Below, one piece after another: positions 41,395 through 54,671 of a DNA stretch of 64,000 nt. Source of the DNA: Eledone cirrhosa. Lineage: Eukaryota. Made by a program: the position numbers and the translations under genes. The first letter of the stretch is position 1; every line of letters starts with the position of its first letter. Location: the NCBI GenBank assembly GCA_964016885.1, contig OZ024748.1:620001-684000 (forward strand). Reading direction: 5' to 3'. The notes under the pieces are model-generated. The model was not told the origin of the DNA. It did no database searches and saw only the letters and a program-made list of their open reading frames with translations.

Positions 41395-41629
41395 ATACAC
41401 ACATACACTGTGAGGCTAATGACCTATTTATCTGTAATATGAATTTCAGAAAAATGAGACAACCACTTAATTACCTATAGATCAGGTGAGAATGCCAGCC
41501 AGATAGATTTATAGATGTTATCCTTACTAGGAGACAAGACAGAGTTATGGTTGTAAACTCATAGTCCCTCCTTGGTGAAAAATGCTCCTCCCAACATAAC
41601 CTAGTAATGAGCAACTTTATAGTTAGGAG

Positions 41630-42525
41630 TGGGAGTTCCTGAAAGATAACCTACTGAAGGTGACAAACAAAATCTGTGTTTGAAGCAGGTCTCTTAGATG
41701 GCAAGTGACTTGGTGTTGGAACAGTGGAGAGAGAGTGGATGAGACAATTAAGGCCAAAAGACAGGCATGGAAAGAATGGTGGGATGGGGAAGTAGAGAAC
41801 TCTACCAGAATGCTAGGAGAAAAGCTAGGTGACAACTATACTTTGCAAGAAGGGAAGCAGAAAATAAAAAAAATTAAGCATGTTTTGCAGTATGAGGACC
41901 AAATGCATGAGATGTTCAGGATTGTGAGACAATGTGTTAGGGAAAATTGTGATATTGATAAGAAGTGTGTTTGAGGTGATAATGGCATAGTTGCCCTCAC
42001 TGATGCAGAAAAGAAGATAGCATTGAAGTGCCACCATGAAAGATTACTGAATGAGGAGAATGCATGGGAAGAAGATAGTTGACCCAACAGAGGGACTGGC
42101 TGTACAAGTCAGCAGTAGTATAGTAAGTTAAGCAATCAAGGATATGAAGGCAGGAAAAGTAGCTTGACCTTCAGGGATAGTTGCTGAGATACTGAAAGCA
42201 TCTGCAATGGTGTGTCACACCATAGTCATCTGTATTGTAAACCATGTAGTACAAAATGGTGTCATACCCAATGACTTGCATGGCAGCATCATTGTCAACT
42301 GCCACAAGGGCAGAAGAGATGCTCTAGACAGAGAAAACTATAGAGGTATTAAGTTGGTTGACCAGGTTATAAAGTTCACAGAATGAGTTATAACACAGCT
42401 GATTTGGAATTGAGTTAATCTAGATGAGATGCAGTTTGAATTTGTACCAGGTAAAAGTATCACAGATACCCTCTTTCTTGTAAGGCAACAGCAGGAGAAG
42501 TACCTAGCTATAAGTAAACCACCTC
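41630..42525 (+). mobile_element. Old RTE LINE internal fragment
   Basis: TWCWN..AKRQAWKEW..ENYRGIKLVDQVIK..LDEMQFEFVPGKSITDTLFLVRQ; many stops. Confidence 0.85.
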
Positions 42526-43417
42526 CATAAAAGAAAAACACTTTGCCCAGGCTTGTTCCTCAGAGGGGAACTTTCTAGGTACAAAACCATTGGTCATTTG
42601 GGACCAGAGGGGAACAGAAAGAGGTGAGAGAATTCTGGCCAGATATGGCCGGTTTTAACAGAAAACCAGCCATGTATGTCAGGTCACTCTTGAGTGCTAC
42701 TGGTAACATGTAACCTAGTACAACCTGTTGCATGGTTGGGTTGTTGGCAACTAAACCGGCAACCCCAGTAAGTTTACTTGGTGAGGAGGGTGATTTTGGA
42801 CACCCTGCAGGACAAAAAACAAAACCTGACAAAGGGCAGAAGAATTCATAAGAGTCAATGGCCATCTAAAAAAATAAAAAAGGAACAAATCCTGCCAAAT
42901 CAAATGGTGGCAGTAGTTCCAGCTGCACGCATCAAAAGACTGGTGTAGTGGTTCTGAGAACAATGCGGCTTTGCAGATGATCAATGCAAATTGACAATGG
43001 AAAGGTGCTCCCGCTAGAGTTAGAAGAGAACTATTGACCTTCAGCAAAAGCAGGGATCCCTGATTATATTCAGCAACCGAAACAAATATGAAGTACACCA
43101 AATCCAATGCTCCTAGGGGTGGCCCTGTTTCTTCTTATTTGCGAGTGTAAACTTGGTCAGATTAGATTAGATTGAACAGAAAGAGGTGAGAGAATTCTGG
43201 CCAGATACGGCCGGTTTAAAGCCTGAACATAAAGAACCACAACTTAATAATACCACTCAGTGTTTTATTTGATTTATGCCACGCCTCTGTTGCTATGGTT
43301 TTAGTATGTGATATCCTATATCATTCAATATCATGATGGTTTGATAAATTACACCATCTGCCCATAACACCAATAATTGCTTATAATAGCAGCCCAGATG
43401 TGTATATATATATATAT

Positions 43418-43847
43418 ATAATATATAAGATCAAAAGATGGTTAAATGAGTTCCATGTATATTATTATGCGCATTTCAAAAACAAATATCATCATGCAAT
43501 AACATTTGTGTTTTCATCAGATAAAATAGGAAGACATGATATGAAGGTTAAAAACACTTGTGGATAGTGCAGTTTTAAATCAACATATCATATGTTGATT
43601 TAAAACTGCACTATCCACAAGTGTTTTTAACCTTCATATCATGTCTTCCTATTTTATCTGATGAAAACACAAATGTTATTGCATGATGATATTTGTTTTT
43701 GAAATGCGCATAATAATATACATGGAACTCATTTAACCATCTTTTGATCTTATATATTATATATACTCCAGTCCTACAAACTGTAGAGTGCTTCTTATCC
43801 GATATCTGCATTGCTTTATTGTACTACAATAAAACTCACCTCCTACA
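43418..43847. mobile_element. Fold-back hammerhead-bearing PLE remnant, sister of 11735-12159
   Basis: Arms centred at 43589; CTGATGA..GAAA-tgcgca-TA at ~43650-43720; tail 43763-43847. Confidence 0.85.
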
Positions 43848-45030
43848 TATATATATATATATATATATTAAAGAGTTAAACAAGATTCAATGAGTACATC
43901 AAAGAATAAGTTTTACAGTAAATTGGAAGCACTCTACAGAAAATATTTTCCAGAGTTATTAATATTAAAATATAAATATTAATAAAATAGATGTTCTTTT
44001 GATCAATTAAATCTTATTATACATATTTCAGAGGTACAACAGTACGTCCTCATCAGACAAAATATAATAATACATGACATACCCTGAGATGTTAAATGGT
44101 TAAGATTTAATCAAGGTAGTGACTAACCTACGAGAAAACTCAACATTTATACCCTAATAATGAGAAAATGCGAAAACGTAATAAATTCAATAGAGAAGGT
44201 ATGAGTAAGAAAAACGTTGCTTTAATGTAACAGTTATAGAGATTTTAAAATGTGGGATACTACAAATTATGATTTTTTATAATTTTTCCTAAGTTCCTTT
44301 AAAATCAAGTTGTTATATTCTTCTTTGTTTATCCCATATAAATTATTTGTTTTGTCCGATTTAACCAATATTTTATCTTTTTTTATTTCCGTGATTTTTT
44401 CTTTTAGAGTTCTAAGGTATTGGTGACCTGCATATGGGTTTTTCCTAAATTTAATTTTTTTAAGTATACCGAGCATTTCTGTTTGAAAATCCTCCAGGAG
44501 TTTGTTGTATGGAAGATTCTTTCTTGATTTAAATAAAGATTCGAAATGATTGCTGTTAGTTTTTCTTTCAGCATCTTTATTTTCGAAATGAAATGCTCGC
44601 CATCTCATTCTTCTAATAAAAGAGTTTGTTTGTTCGATAATTTTCGTCAAGTATTCCTCATTTGAAGGTATGGGTATATCCTTGAGAGATGTTGGAAAGT
44701 TTAAGAAATGGAGAAAATGGAGACTCTGTTGATTATTAATAATTATGAGACCTTAACAAAAAAAGTGAATTATTCTCTAATTGCCTTCATAAAGCCTTGT
44801 CTATATTTCAAGCCTCCCATAAGACCAGGAAAAAACACTAATGCATCTAAACTTGGTTTTTAGACATACATAATCAACAGTTGAAAACCTTAATGGCCTT
44901 TAATATTGCTTTATCTTATAACTATCTATAAAAGAAATAACGTTTGAATGAATGACACTTGTTTAATAACATGCTGACACGTTGATATACATAACATAAT
45001 ATTATTGACTTTGATCCATACCATTATTTC

Positions 45031-45325
45031 TCTATCTTTATTTTTCTATCTATGTTTTAAATATAGTTCAAATATCCAACCAGTAAATATCTACGGACCT
45101 TATTTTGAACTGTGAATCATTCATGCGTTTGCACTCCTTTATTTATATATATGTATGTATTTAACTTTTGCATGTTTTTAAGTATACCTATCTTTATTTT
45201 TCTTTATATGTTTTAAATATAGTTCAAATATCCAACCTGTAAATTTTTACGGACCTTATTTTGAACTGTGAATCATTCATGCGTTTAGACTCTTTTATAT
45301 AAATGTATGTATTTAACCTTTGCAT
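45031..45325. repeat. Tandem duplication, ~157-bp period
   Basis: TATCTTTATTTTTCT..ACGGACCTTATTTTGAACTGTGAATCATTCATGCG present twice. Confidence 0.85.
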
Positions 45326-45701
45326 TGTTTGAATCTATTAGATTATAAACGTTATCATTTATCAAAAGTATACTGTCTCATTAATACTTAGTATATCTCT
45401 CTATACCTAATTTTTTTTTCCAAATATGTGTATATTGTATATTATCAAAATCATATTATTACTTTCGTATATCTCTGCATTTGGTTTTTTACATCTATAT
45501 GTATAATGTATAATAACTTAATCATAATTACCGTTTCGGTTTAACGATATATATAGTTTTTGCAAATATAGATATATTGTACAATAACATATCCATTATT
45601 TAGGTTTCATTCCTCCCATGAAGGTAGAACTAATATAGTGATTTAATTTAATATAATATAATAAATATTAATTTATTGCAATAAATGCACACATATATAT
45701 A

Positions 45702-46580
45702 TATATAGAAATCACATGAATCAAAGTTCTGTTCAAACCATTTATTAGCTTACAATTGTTTCGTCCAAACCGAGGTTTGGAGTCTTCGGAGCAATTTTTC
45801 AATGATTGTTTACATACATGACCTCCTTTCCAACGCAAGAGACATACAGAAACATATGTATATATTGATGCACAGTGGGGTGACATCCATTATAATATTT
45901 AAGCATGGCAATTTACATTCAAAAATTAAAATCATATTAAAAGAAAATTAAAACAAAATTAAAGTTAAAATACATCATTTTTAATATTTCTCTGCACACA
46001 AGCTTCTTTATCATACATAAAAAATACTTTACCAATACAACCCCCATAATACTCTTGATTACCCGCTTAAAGTGCTTGCATTGCATATAACACCTTGCCG
46101 CACAATAATCTTATATAAATAAGACACACGTGCATGCCCCACGTGTAACTATTGCATACACTAACTACTTCAAACTATCCTCTTGCCTTATCTTTGTAAA
46201 CTGCCGATGTTGTATTTTAACTTTAATTTTGTTTTAATTTTCTTTTAATATGATTTTAATTTTTGAATGTAAATTGCCATGCTTAAATATTATAATGGAT
46301 GTCACCCCACTGTGCATCGATATATACATATGTTTCTGTATGTCTCTTGTGTTGGAAAGGAGGTCATGTATGTAAACAATCATTGAAAAATTGCTCCGAA
46401 GACTCCAAACCTCGGTTTGGACGAAACAATTATAAGCTAATAAATGGTTTGAACAGAACTTTGATTCATGTGATTTCTATATAACTGCTCTGTAGAACAA
46501 CTGATGTTATTACATTGAGCTATTTATCTTACTGATAATAAGGTAGTAATAAATTACTGTCTTTCACTGTTTAGGGTTTA
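45702..46580. mobile_element. Nested PLE remnant with ~270-bp inverted pLTRs and tail
   Basis: 45702-45975 inverted at 46212-46483; CCGAAGA hammerhead folds at 45747-45794 (-) and 46391-46438 (+). Confidence 0.8.
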
Positions 46581-47464
46581 AAATATATATAACTATAAAA
46601 AGTTTTAGTATATACATAACCATAAATAGTATCCTTAACACACATATATATATATATATATGGCTGAAAACTCTGCGTTAATCATTATACTTTAGACAAT
46701 GTATCTACTTGACAATAAATTTTTCGATATTTCTAACAATAAGTACAATAAATTTTACATACCAAAAATGTTGACACTCTTATAGGGAATTTTTGTTAAA
46801 GATTACTTTTAAGATAATATTCAACAGTGCATATCTCTCTTTCGCGGGCCTAATAAATCCTTTAATTTTGTTTTCATAAAATTTCAGAATTTTAGAAATG
46901 TAACACATTTAAAAAAATTTATAAAATCTATAAAATTAATAAATATAAATAACCATCAACTTTTAAAAACTTAAAATTTTGATTCTTCACCCTAAAATAA
47001 CATAAATTAAATATTTTGAAACTTAACTGCTTAGTCCTTAAGGGGAAAAAAAATTTTTCTGCATAAATTACTCCCCTTTATCTCTCCCTCTCTTTAATCA
47101 TCTATCAGTTGCCTTCATAAACTGTAATAAAATTATAATGCTAGAGACGTTTTCCTCGACAATCATAATTTGTAGTATCCCACATTTTAAAATCTCTATA
47201 ACTGTTACATTAAAGCAACGTTTTTCTTACTCATACCTTCTCTATTGAATTTATTACGTTTTCGCATTTTCTCATTATTAGGGTATAAATGTTGAGTTTT
47301 CTCATAGGTTAATCACTACCTTGATTAAATCTTAACCATTTAACATCTCAGAGTATGTCATGTATCATTATATTTTGTCTGATGAGGACGTACTGTTGTA
47401 CCTTTGAAATATGTATAATAAAATTTAATTGATCAAAAGAACATCTATTTTATTAATATTTATA

Positions 47465-47503
<39 letters not shown>

Positions 47504-47671
47504 TGCAGTATATTACACATAAAGTTGATGTATTTTTATATAGTAGTGGGGGCGGGAAACAGATGTTAAATGATGATGATAATGGTGGGTGGTAGTGGTG
47601 ATGGTGATAATATTGATGATGATAATGGACCATGACGATGATAATGATGATGATGATGATGACAATGATAT

Positions 47672-47712
<41 letters not shown>

Positions 47713-47833
47713 CCTTTATTCTTTTACTGGTTTCATTCAATGGACTGTGGCCATGCTGAGGCACTGCCTTCAAGACATTTAGAAGTCAGAATATAAAATC
47801 TCTCATAAAAGGTTTCACTGTAAGGGTCTTTTG

Positions 47834-47894
<61 letters not shown>

Positions 47895-48457
47895 ATTCTA
47901 CCATTATTGCACCTGCCAGCACCAATAACTCCACCATCACCATCACTACCATCACCATCACCACCAACAACAACACTACCTCAAAAAACAACGTCAGCAA
48001 ACAGTACCGACAACAACAATAATTACAGTACCACCACCTCCACCACCCCACAATCATTCCAACCAGCTCCACCGCCACTGCTGTCACTGGCACCACCACC
48101 ACCATTACCACCACACCATCACCATCACCACACCATCACCACCACACCATTACCACCACACCATCACCACCACACCATCATCACCACACCATTACCACCA
48201 CACCATCACCACCACACCATCATCACCATCAATATATCAATATAGAACTGCCCTATACATACAAATTCCCTATATATATTCTATATTTAAAATAGAAATT
48301 TTGATTTAGGCTTTTTTAATATTATTAATACTATTGTTGTTATTGTTGTTGTTGTTGTTCTTCTTCTTCTTCTTCTTCTTCTTCTTCTTCTTCTTCTTCT
48401 TCATCTTCTTCTTCTTCTTCTTCTTCTTCTTCTTCATCTTCTTCTTCTTCTTCTTCT

Positions 48458-49206
48458 TATTATTACAGTTGCATTTATCTTGCTTTATGTTCATACGAGT
48501 TATCACCAAGTCACAACCAGTGACCTCAAGAGACAACAAGGTCCGCCATGTTCAAGAAAGAACATACATACTCACACATGCATCTTTAGTGTTTAGACTT
48601 GTGATGTACTTATATTGACAGAATCTTCCTTAGTATATGGGCAGTTCCCATTAGTACTATCTTTTGTATTTCTCCTATACGCGGGTTTCCTGGGATTTGC
48701 GATAAGTAATCAATAGACCCCTTAGGTATCATTCCCAGAGCGCCTACTGGTATTGTTTTAGTTCTCAATTTCCACATTTTTCCAATTTCTATCTCCAGGT
48801 CCTTATACTTGCTCAATTTTTCAAATGTTTTTATAGATACATTCTTGTCTATTGGAACAGACATATCAATTAGCAGGCATACCCTCTTTTTAAAGTCCTT
48901 CAATATTATATCAGGTCTATTTGCATCTATTTTTCGGTCTGTTTGGATGCTAAAGTTCCACGAGATTGAGATGTGATCTTTTTCAAGTATGGGAGGTGGT
49001 TGATGCTCCCACCAATTCTTTTGATGGGGCAGGTCAAAATGCTTACACATTATCCAATGTATGTATTGTGCAGCTCTGTCATGCCTGTTTAGGTATTCGG
49101 TTGGAGCTATAGGACTGCACATTGAAATTATATGGTCAATGGTCCCTGGTTGTTTTTTGCATACACGGCATAATGGGCTGCATCCATTTTTTATTATGTT
49201 GGCTTG

Positions 49207-49208
<2 letters not shown>
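48458..49208 (-). mobile_element. R4/Dong-like non-LTR retrotransposon 3' fragment (CCHC finger plus restriction-like endonuclease)
   Basis: CRVC..TIDHIISMC..YLNRHD..RPDIIL..LIDMSVP..K.SKYKDL..GALG; bounded by (TAA)n. Confidence 0.9.
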
Positions 49209-49270
<62 letters not shown>

Positions 49271-49271
<1 letters not shown>

Positions 49272-50219
49272 TGGAGACTGGAATGTCTTCAGGCGCTCAC
49301 AGCCCTCGACCAATCGGGCAATGTGATCAGTGGAAACTCCACCTCGGCGTTCTATAGAGGATTAGTGGAGGGGAAGAGCGACGACGTACTTGGTGAAACT
49401 CTAGGCGTCGACGAAAATCAACTAGCCAATCTCTTCGGAAGAACTTTTGGGCCAGGACCTATGGACAACTTCCAGAAATCTCTGGCCTGGCAGTGCTAAC
49501 GAGGAGCCTTGCCAGTTCGGGATAAACTCTACAGGCATGGAGGTGTCGTCAGCCGGGCATGTCCGAGATACGCGCAGGGCGATGAAACCGTCCTGCACGC
49601 ACTCGTCCAGTGTCTGAAAATTGCTGACTTGTGGGTTTATGTCGAACACCTGCTGTCGCGTGTAGGAAGGATCCGGCTATCATCTGAGTCCATCGTGAGG
49701 ATTGCCCCGCCCTCTTCCTTTAGCCGGGAAGGGCAGGCAGTTTTTATCTGTTTGGTGGCCATGGCGAAAGAGATAGTATGGTGGACACGTTTAAAAGGGC
49801 TGAAGACGAGCACTTACCTCTTCGGTGATGCCCTGATTGACTTTTTCAAATTTCATTTGAAAAGGAAAATCAGAGTAGAGAGGGAAGTGCTCTCTTCCCA
49901 GCATTTTGTTGAAAGATGGGTGAGAGAAGCAAGAATGGCCCGAGTGAATGGGCCTACTCTGAGTACGTATCTGTAAATTAAAGGTGGAAAACTGGGAGAG
50001 GGCACTTGCCTTAGTGGTCAGGGTCACTGTGGCCTTTTACTGGGCTTTCTCCACAAATGTCCCTCGGAAGTCTCCCTCCTATTGGGGAATTTTTCTTTGT
50101 TATTTTATTATATCCTCTGTTTTTTTTACACGCAGAAATGCCCATTTGTACCGTCCTGTATTGTCCTGTACTGTCCTTAATGTCTACTTTATGTAAACCC
50201 TTGTGGTTAATAAAGAAAA

Positions 50220-50220
<1 letters not shown>
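49271..50220 (+). mobile_element. L1/Tx1-clade LINE 3' fragment (zf-RVT C-terminus plus 3'UTR)
   Basis: SLAWQC*RGALPVRDKL..CPR...ETVLHALVQC..LW..AKEIVWWTR; AATAAA then (TTA)n. Confidence 0.8.
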
Positions 50221-50265
<45 letters not shown>

Positions 50266-51471
50266 GTTCTTTGAGTCTCAGTCATTGATGTTAGTTAACT
50301 GGAAAGTTTGTTGAAATGAATATCAAGCCACTACCTGCAGCCTCAGATATTCAGGACGTATCAGACGGTTCTTGCTGTTCCCAGCAAGCATGCCTTTTGA
50401 AGCGTTCCAAAAAGCGTGGCGGGGCCAATTTTCTTTAACCATCCCTGGAAACCTTTTGAGATAGTACCTAGTGCGCCTATGACAATCGGGATCACTTTGA
50501 CTTCATGGCAGTTCCAAATCCTTTTTACCTCCCACTTTAAATCCTGGTATCGGTTAATTTTCTCCCTCTCCTTATCTTGCACTCTCGTGTCGAATGGGCA
50601 GGCCACATCCTCAATCAGGCACGATCTTTTTTCTTTGTCCAAAACCACCAGGTCAGGCCTATTGTGTTCCAGTTTCTTGTCCGTCTGTATCCTAAAATCC
50701 CACAGCACCTTCACCTGATCGTTTTCTATCACCGACTCTGGCTTATGCTCATACCACTTCTCAGAATGTGGTAAATTGTTTACTTTGCATAGGTGCCAGT
50801 GGATCACCCTGCCCATCACATCATGTCTCCAGCCCTTATAGTGAGTCTGGGCTAGGTGTTTACACTTGGATACAATGTGAGCCACAGTCTCCTCTCTCTC
50901 TCCACAGATCCTGCACAGTGGGCTAGCCTCCTCCTTGTAAATATGGTGTTTCAACCACTTCGTTTTGAGGGCCTGCTCTTGCGCAGCCAGTAACATTCCT
51001 TCTGTAGCCTTTTTAAGGTCTCCTCTTTTCAACCAGTTCCATGTCTGTGGATCTCTGAATTCAGTTTTCTCAAAGAAGGTACTATGAAGGGATTTTTCAC
51101 GAAGGCTGCTCTTTCTCCTTGTTGTTATTTCCTCATTGGACATCCCCTGGTCTATTGTCCTCTCCTTCAGTACAGTTCTGAGCATTGGCTCCTTTCTATC
51201 AGTCACGTATTTGTGTAGGTTGTTTTTCTCCATCTGAACACAGTCCTCTATGCTGATAAGACCTCTTCCACCCTCAGATCTCCTTAGGTAGAGTCTATCG
51301 ACATCACTCCTCTTGTGGAACATGTTGTAGATAGTCAATAGCTTCCTAGTCTTCCTATCCATTTCCTTTTGTTCAGCAACATTCCATCTCAGAATTCCTG
51401 CACTGTACCTAATAATAGACACAGCTCGGGAATTTACTGCACTTATAGCATTCCTACTCTTCAGATGTGAC

Positions 51472-51472
<1 letters not shown>
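50266..51472 (-). mobile_element. Second R4/Dong-like element 3' fragment
   Basis: RLYLRRSEGGRGL, LLAAQEQAL, CRIC..ETVAHIVSKC, RHD, RPDLVV..DVACP..K..RYQDL, IVIGALG; bounded by (TAA)n. Confidence 0.92.
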
Positions 51473-51511
<39 letters not shown>

Positions 51512-51519
51512 TTTCATTG

Positions 51520-51678
51520 TTATTTTTTTGTTACATCCTCTGCTTTTGTTTTTTACATGCAGAAGTGTCCATTTGTACCGTCCTGTATTGTCCTGTACTG
51601 TCCTTAATGTCTACTTTATGTAAACCCTTGTGGTAATAAAGAAAGCATTATGTCGGCCCTTGTGGCTAATAAATGAAA

Positions 51679-51680
<2 letters not shown>
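51520..51680 (+). mobile_element. 3'UTR-only copy of the Tx1-like LINE
   Basis: Nearly identical to 50110-50220 (CCATTTGTACCGTCCTGTATTGTCC..AAACCCTTGTGG); in (TTA)n. Confidence 0.75.
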
Positions 51681-51710
<30 letters not shown>

Positions 51711-51959
51711 TTATTTTGCTTCAAGATTTATTTTTATTTTTCTGAAAATGAAGAAACTAGAAGTTAAAATGTAATAAAAATAAAGGAAAACGTATTTACT
51801 ATATAAACATTTTGTGTAAGATGGTGGGAGGAGGGGGTCGTGGTGGTGGTGGTGTCATGGTGGTGGCTGTGGTGGTTGTGGTTGTGGTAGTGGTGGTGTT
51901 GGTGGTGGTGGTGGTGGTGGTATTGTGAGGGTGGTGGTGCTGGTTGTAATGGCTGTGGT

Positions 51960-52295
51960 GGTGGTGGGATGCAGGTTGTAATGGTGATGTTGGTAGTGGT
52001 TGTGGTGGTAGTGGTGGTAGTGGTGGTGTTGTGAGGGTGGTGGTGGTGGTGGGATTCAGGTTGTAATGGTGATGTTGGTAGTGGTTGTGGTGGTAGTGGT
52101 TGTAGTGGTGCTGGTGGTGTTGTGAGGGTGGTGGTGGGATGCAGGTTGTAATGGTGATGTTGGTAGTGGTTGTGGTGGTAGTGGTTGTAGTGGTGCTGGT
52201 GGTGTTGTGAGGGTGGTGGTGGGATGCAGGTTGTAATGGTGATGTTGGTAGTGGTTGTGGTGGTAGTGGTTGTAGTGGTGCTGGTTGTAATGGTT
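51960..52295. repeat. GGT-rich tandem repeat, ~87-bp unit
   Basis: GGGATGCAGGTTGTAATGGTGATGTTGG about four times. Confidence 0.75.
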
Positions 52296-52694
52296 GTGGT
52301 GGCGGTCAGTTTTGCCTTTCACACTTCCATGTCGATAAAATAAAGTACCAGCCATGTACTGGGGGCGATTTAATCAACTTTCTCTTCTACTAAAATTGCT
52401 GGTATTGTGCCTAAAATAGAAACCACTGTTTAACTCTTAACATCCTGTAAGGATTTAACAAAAAACAAAAGTGTTAATAATATATATTTTTTCCATATAT
52501 GATATGTTTATGTAAAATAAATATACAAGAGTCTTGCTATGAATATTTTAAGCTGTGATCATGTCCCAGCTATCTCAGTAGCAGTAAGAGAATGTCAAAC
52601 AAATTGATATTGAATATCATCTCAAGCTACAGCTTATATACCTCCAATCATTGACATATAAACCATGGATTATCTCAAATTATTACTGTATATA

Positions 52695-52882
52695 ATTGTT
52701 TCTCCTTTTTGGCACAAGGCCAGCAATTACCCCGTGCATTACTGGTACTTTATTTTATCTACCCCGTAAGGATGAAAGGCAAAGTTAACCTCGGCGGGAT
52801 TAGAACTCAGAATGGCAAGAGCCGTAACTCTATGCTAGAAAGCATGGCGTCCGACCCTCTACCAATACTGCCAATCCCCCAC
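52695..52882 (-). mobile_element. tRNA-derived SINE, family A
   Basis: Matches 4745-4931. Confidence 0.85.
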
Positions 52883-52928
52883 CCTCTATATATAATGTTA
52901 TCTATATTGAAACTTATAATGTTTTCTA

Positions 52929-54090
52929 CTTATAATGCCTACACAGAAAGTTATAATGCCTACACAGAAAGTTATAATGTCTACACAGAAAGTTATAATG
53001 TCTACACAGAAAGTTATAATGTCTATACAGAAAGTTATAATGTCTACACAGAAAGTTATAATGTCTCCAGAGAAAGTTATGTCTACACAGAAAGTTATAA
53101 TGTCTCCAGAGAAAGTTATAATGTCTACACAGAAAGTTATAATGCCTACACAGAAACTTATAATGTCTACACAGAAAGTTATAATGTCTACACAGAAAGT
53201 TATAATGCCTACACAGAAAGTTATAATGCCTACACAGAAAGTTATAATGCCTACACAGAAAGTTATAATGTCTACACAGAAAGTTATAATGTCTACACAG
53301 AAAGTTATAATGTCTACACAGAAAGTTATAATGTCTACACAGAAAGTTATAATGTCTCCACAGAAAGTTATAATGTCTACACAGAAAGTTATAATGTCTA
53401 CACAGAAAGTTATAATGTCTTCACAGAAAGTTATAATGTCTCCACAGAAAGTTATAATGTCTACACAGAAAGTTATAATGTCTCCACAGAAAGTTATAAT
53501 GCCTACACAGAAAGTTATAATGCCTACACAGAAAGTTATAATGCCTACACAGAAAGTTATAATGTTTCCACAGAAAGTTATAATGTCTACACAGAAAGTT
53601 ATAATGTCTTCGCAGAAAGTTATAATGTCTACACAGAAAGTTATAATGTCTACACAGAAAGTTATAATGCCTACACAGAAAGTTATAATGTCTACACAGA
53701 AAGTTATAATGCCTACACAGAAAGTTATAATGCCTACACAGAAAGTTATAATGTCTACACAGAAAGTTATAATGTCTCCAGAGAAAGTTATAATGTCTAC
53801 ACAGAAAGTTATAATGCCTACACAGAAACCTATAATGTCTACACAGAAAGTTATAATGTCTACACAGAAAGTTATAATGCCTACACAGAAAGTTATAATG
53901 TCTACACAGAAAGTTATAATGTCTACACAGAAAGTTATAATGCCTACACAGAAAGTTATAATGCCTACACAGAAAGTTATAATGTCTCCACAGAAAGTTA
54001 TAATGTCTCCACAGAAAGTTATAATGCCTACACAAAAACTTATAATGTCTACACAGAAAGTTATAATGTCTACACAGAAAGTTATAATGT
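52929..54090. repeat. 21-bp minisatellite (GTTATAATGTCTACACAGAAA), about 55 copies
   Basis: Head-to-tail units with no spacers; variants GCCTAC/GTCTCC/GTCTTC; degenerate units on both flanks. Confidence 0.97.
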
Positions 54091-54608
54091 TGCCAGTCGT
54101 TGACATTGAAAGTTATACTGTCTCAAGATGCTGCTTATATAATATCTATTATCAACTTATATTGCATTAGTCTTATCACATTAGTCATAACATTTCTTCT
54201 TCTCATGAAATATGAATACAATGAAAAAACAACAACAAAAAAAGGTCTAATAGTTTCTTATTATTGTCTGTCAGGAGAAAAACAACAGCAACAACAGGAA
54301 ATAACAACAACAATATTAACAAAAAAAAGTCACTAGCAGTAACAGCAACGGAAACAACAACAACAACAACAACACTACCACCACAAGCAATAACAACAAC
54401 TATAACAATGCAGCAACAACAAGAACAAGACAAGAAGAAGACAAAGATGAATTCCTAAAGACATTTCTGATTTTCTCGTCTTCACCAGACAAGAGACGAC
54501 AGATAAAACAAAAGCCAAAAACGAAACAAAAATAAATAGTAAAAAAATAAACAAGTAAAAAAGAATAACAACAACAACAACAACAATAACAACAACAACA
54601 ACAACAAC

Positions 54609-54671
<63 letters not shown>

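Larger units (their letters stand above)
43868..47473. mobile_element. Rearranged Naiad-type PLE with ~310-bp inverted pLTRs and ORF N-terminus
   Basis: 43962-44274 inverted at 47161-47473; hammerheads at 44012-44063 (-) and 47372-47424 (+); minus strand 44267-44700 encodes SLKDIPIP..Y..FIRRMRWRAF..VKSDKTNNLY. Confidence 0.8.

Noticed and set aside
50361-51422. 353-aa ORF as a host gene
   Set aside because: Motifs identify a 5'-truncated RLE-type retrotransposon C-terminus.
52709-54170. 400+ aa ORFs, or a CRISPR-like array
   Set aside because: Units are contiguous 21-mers with no unique spacers and there are no cas genes. The ORFs arise because the unit lacks stops in several frames, and the 464-aa ORF starts inside a SINE.
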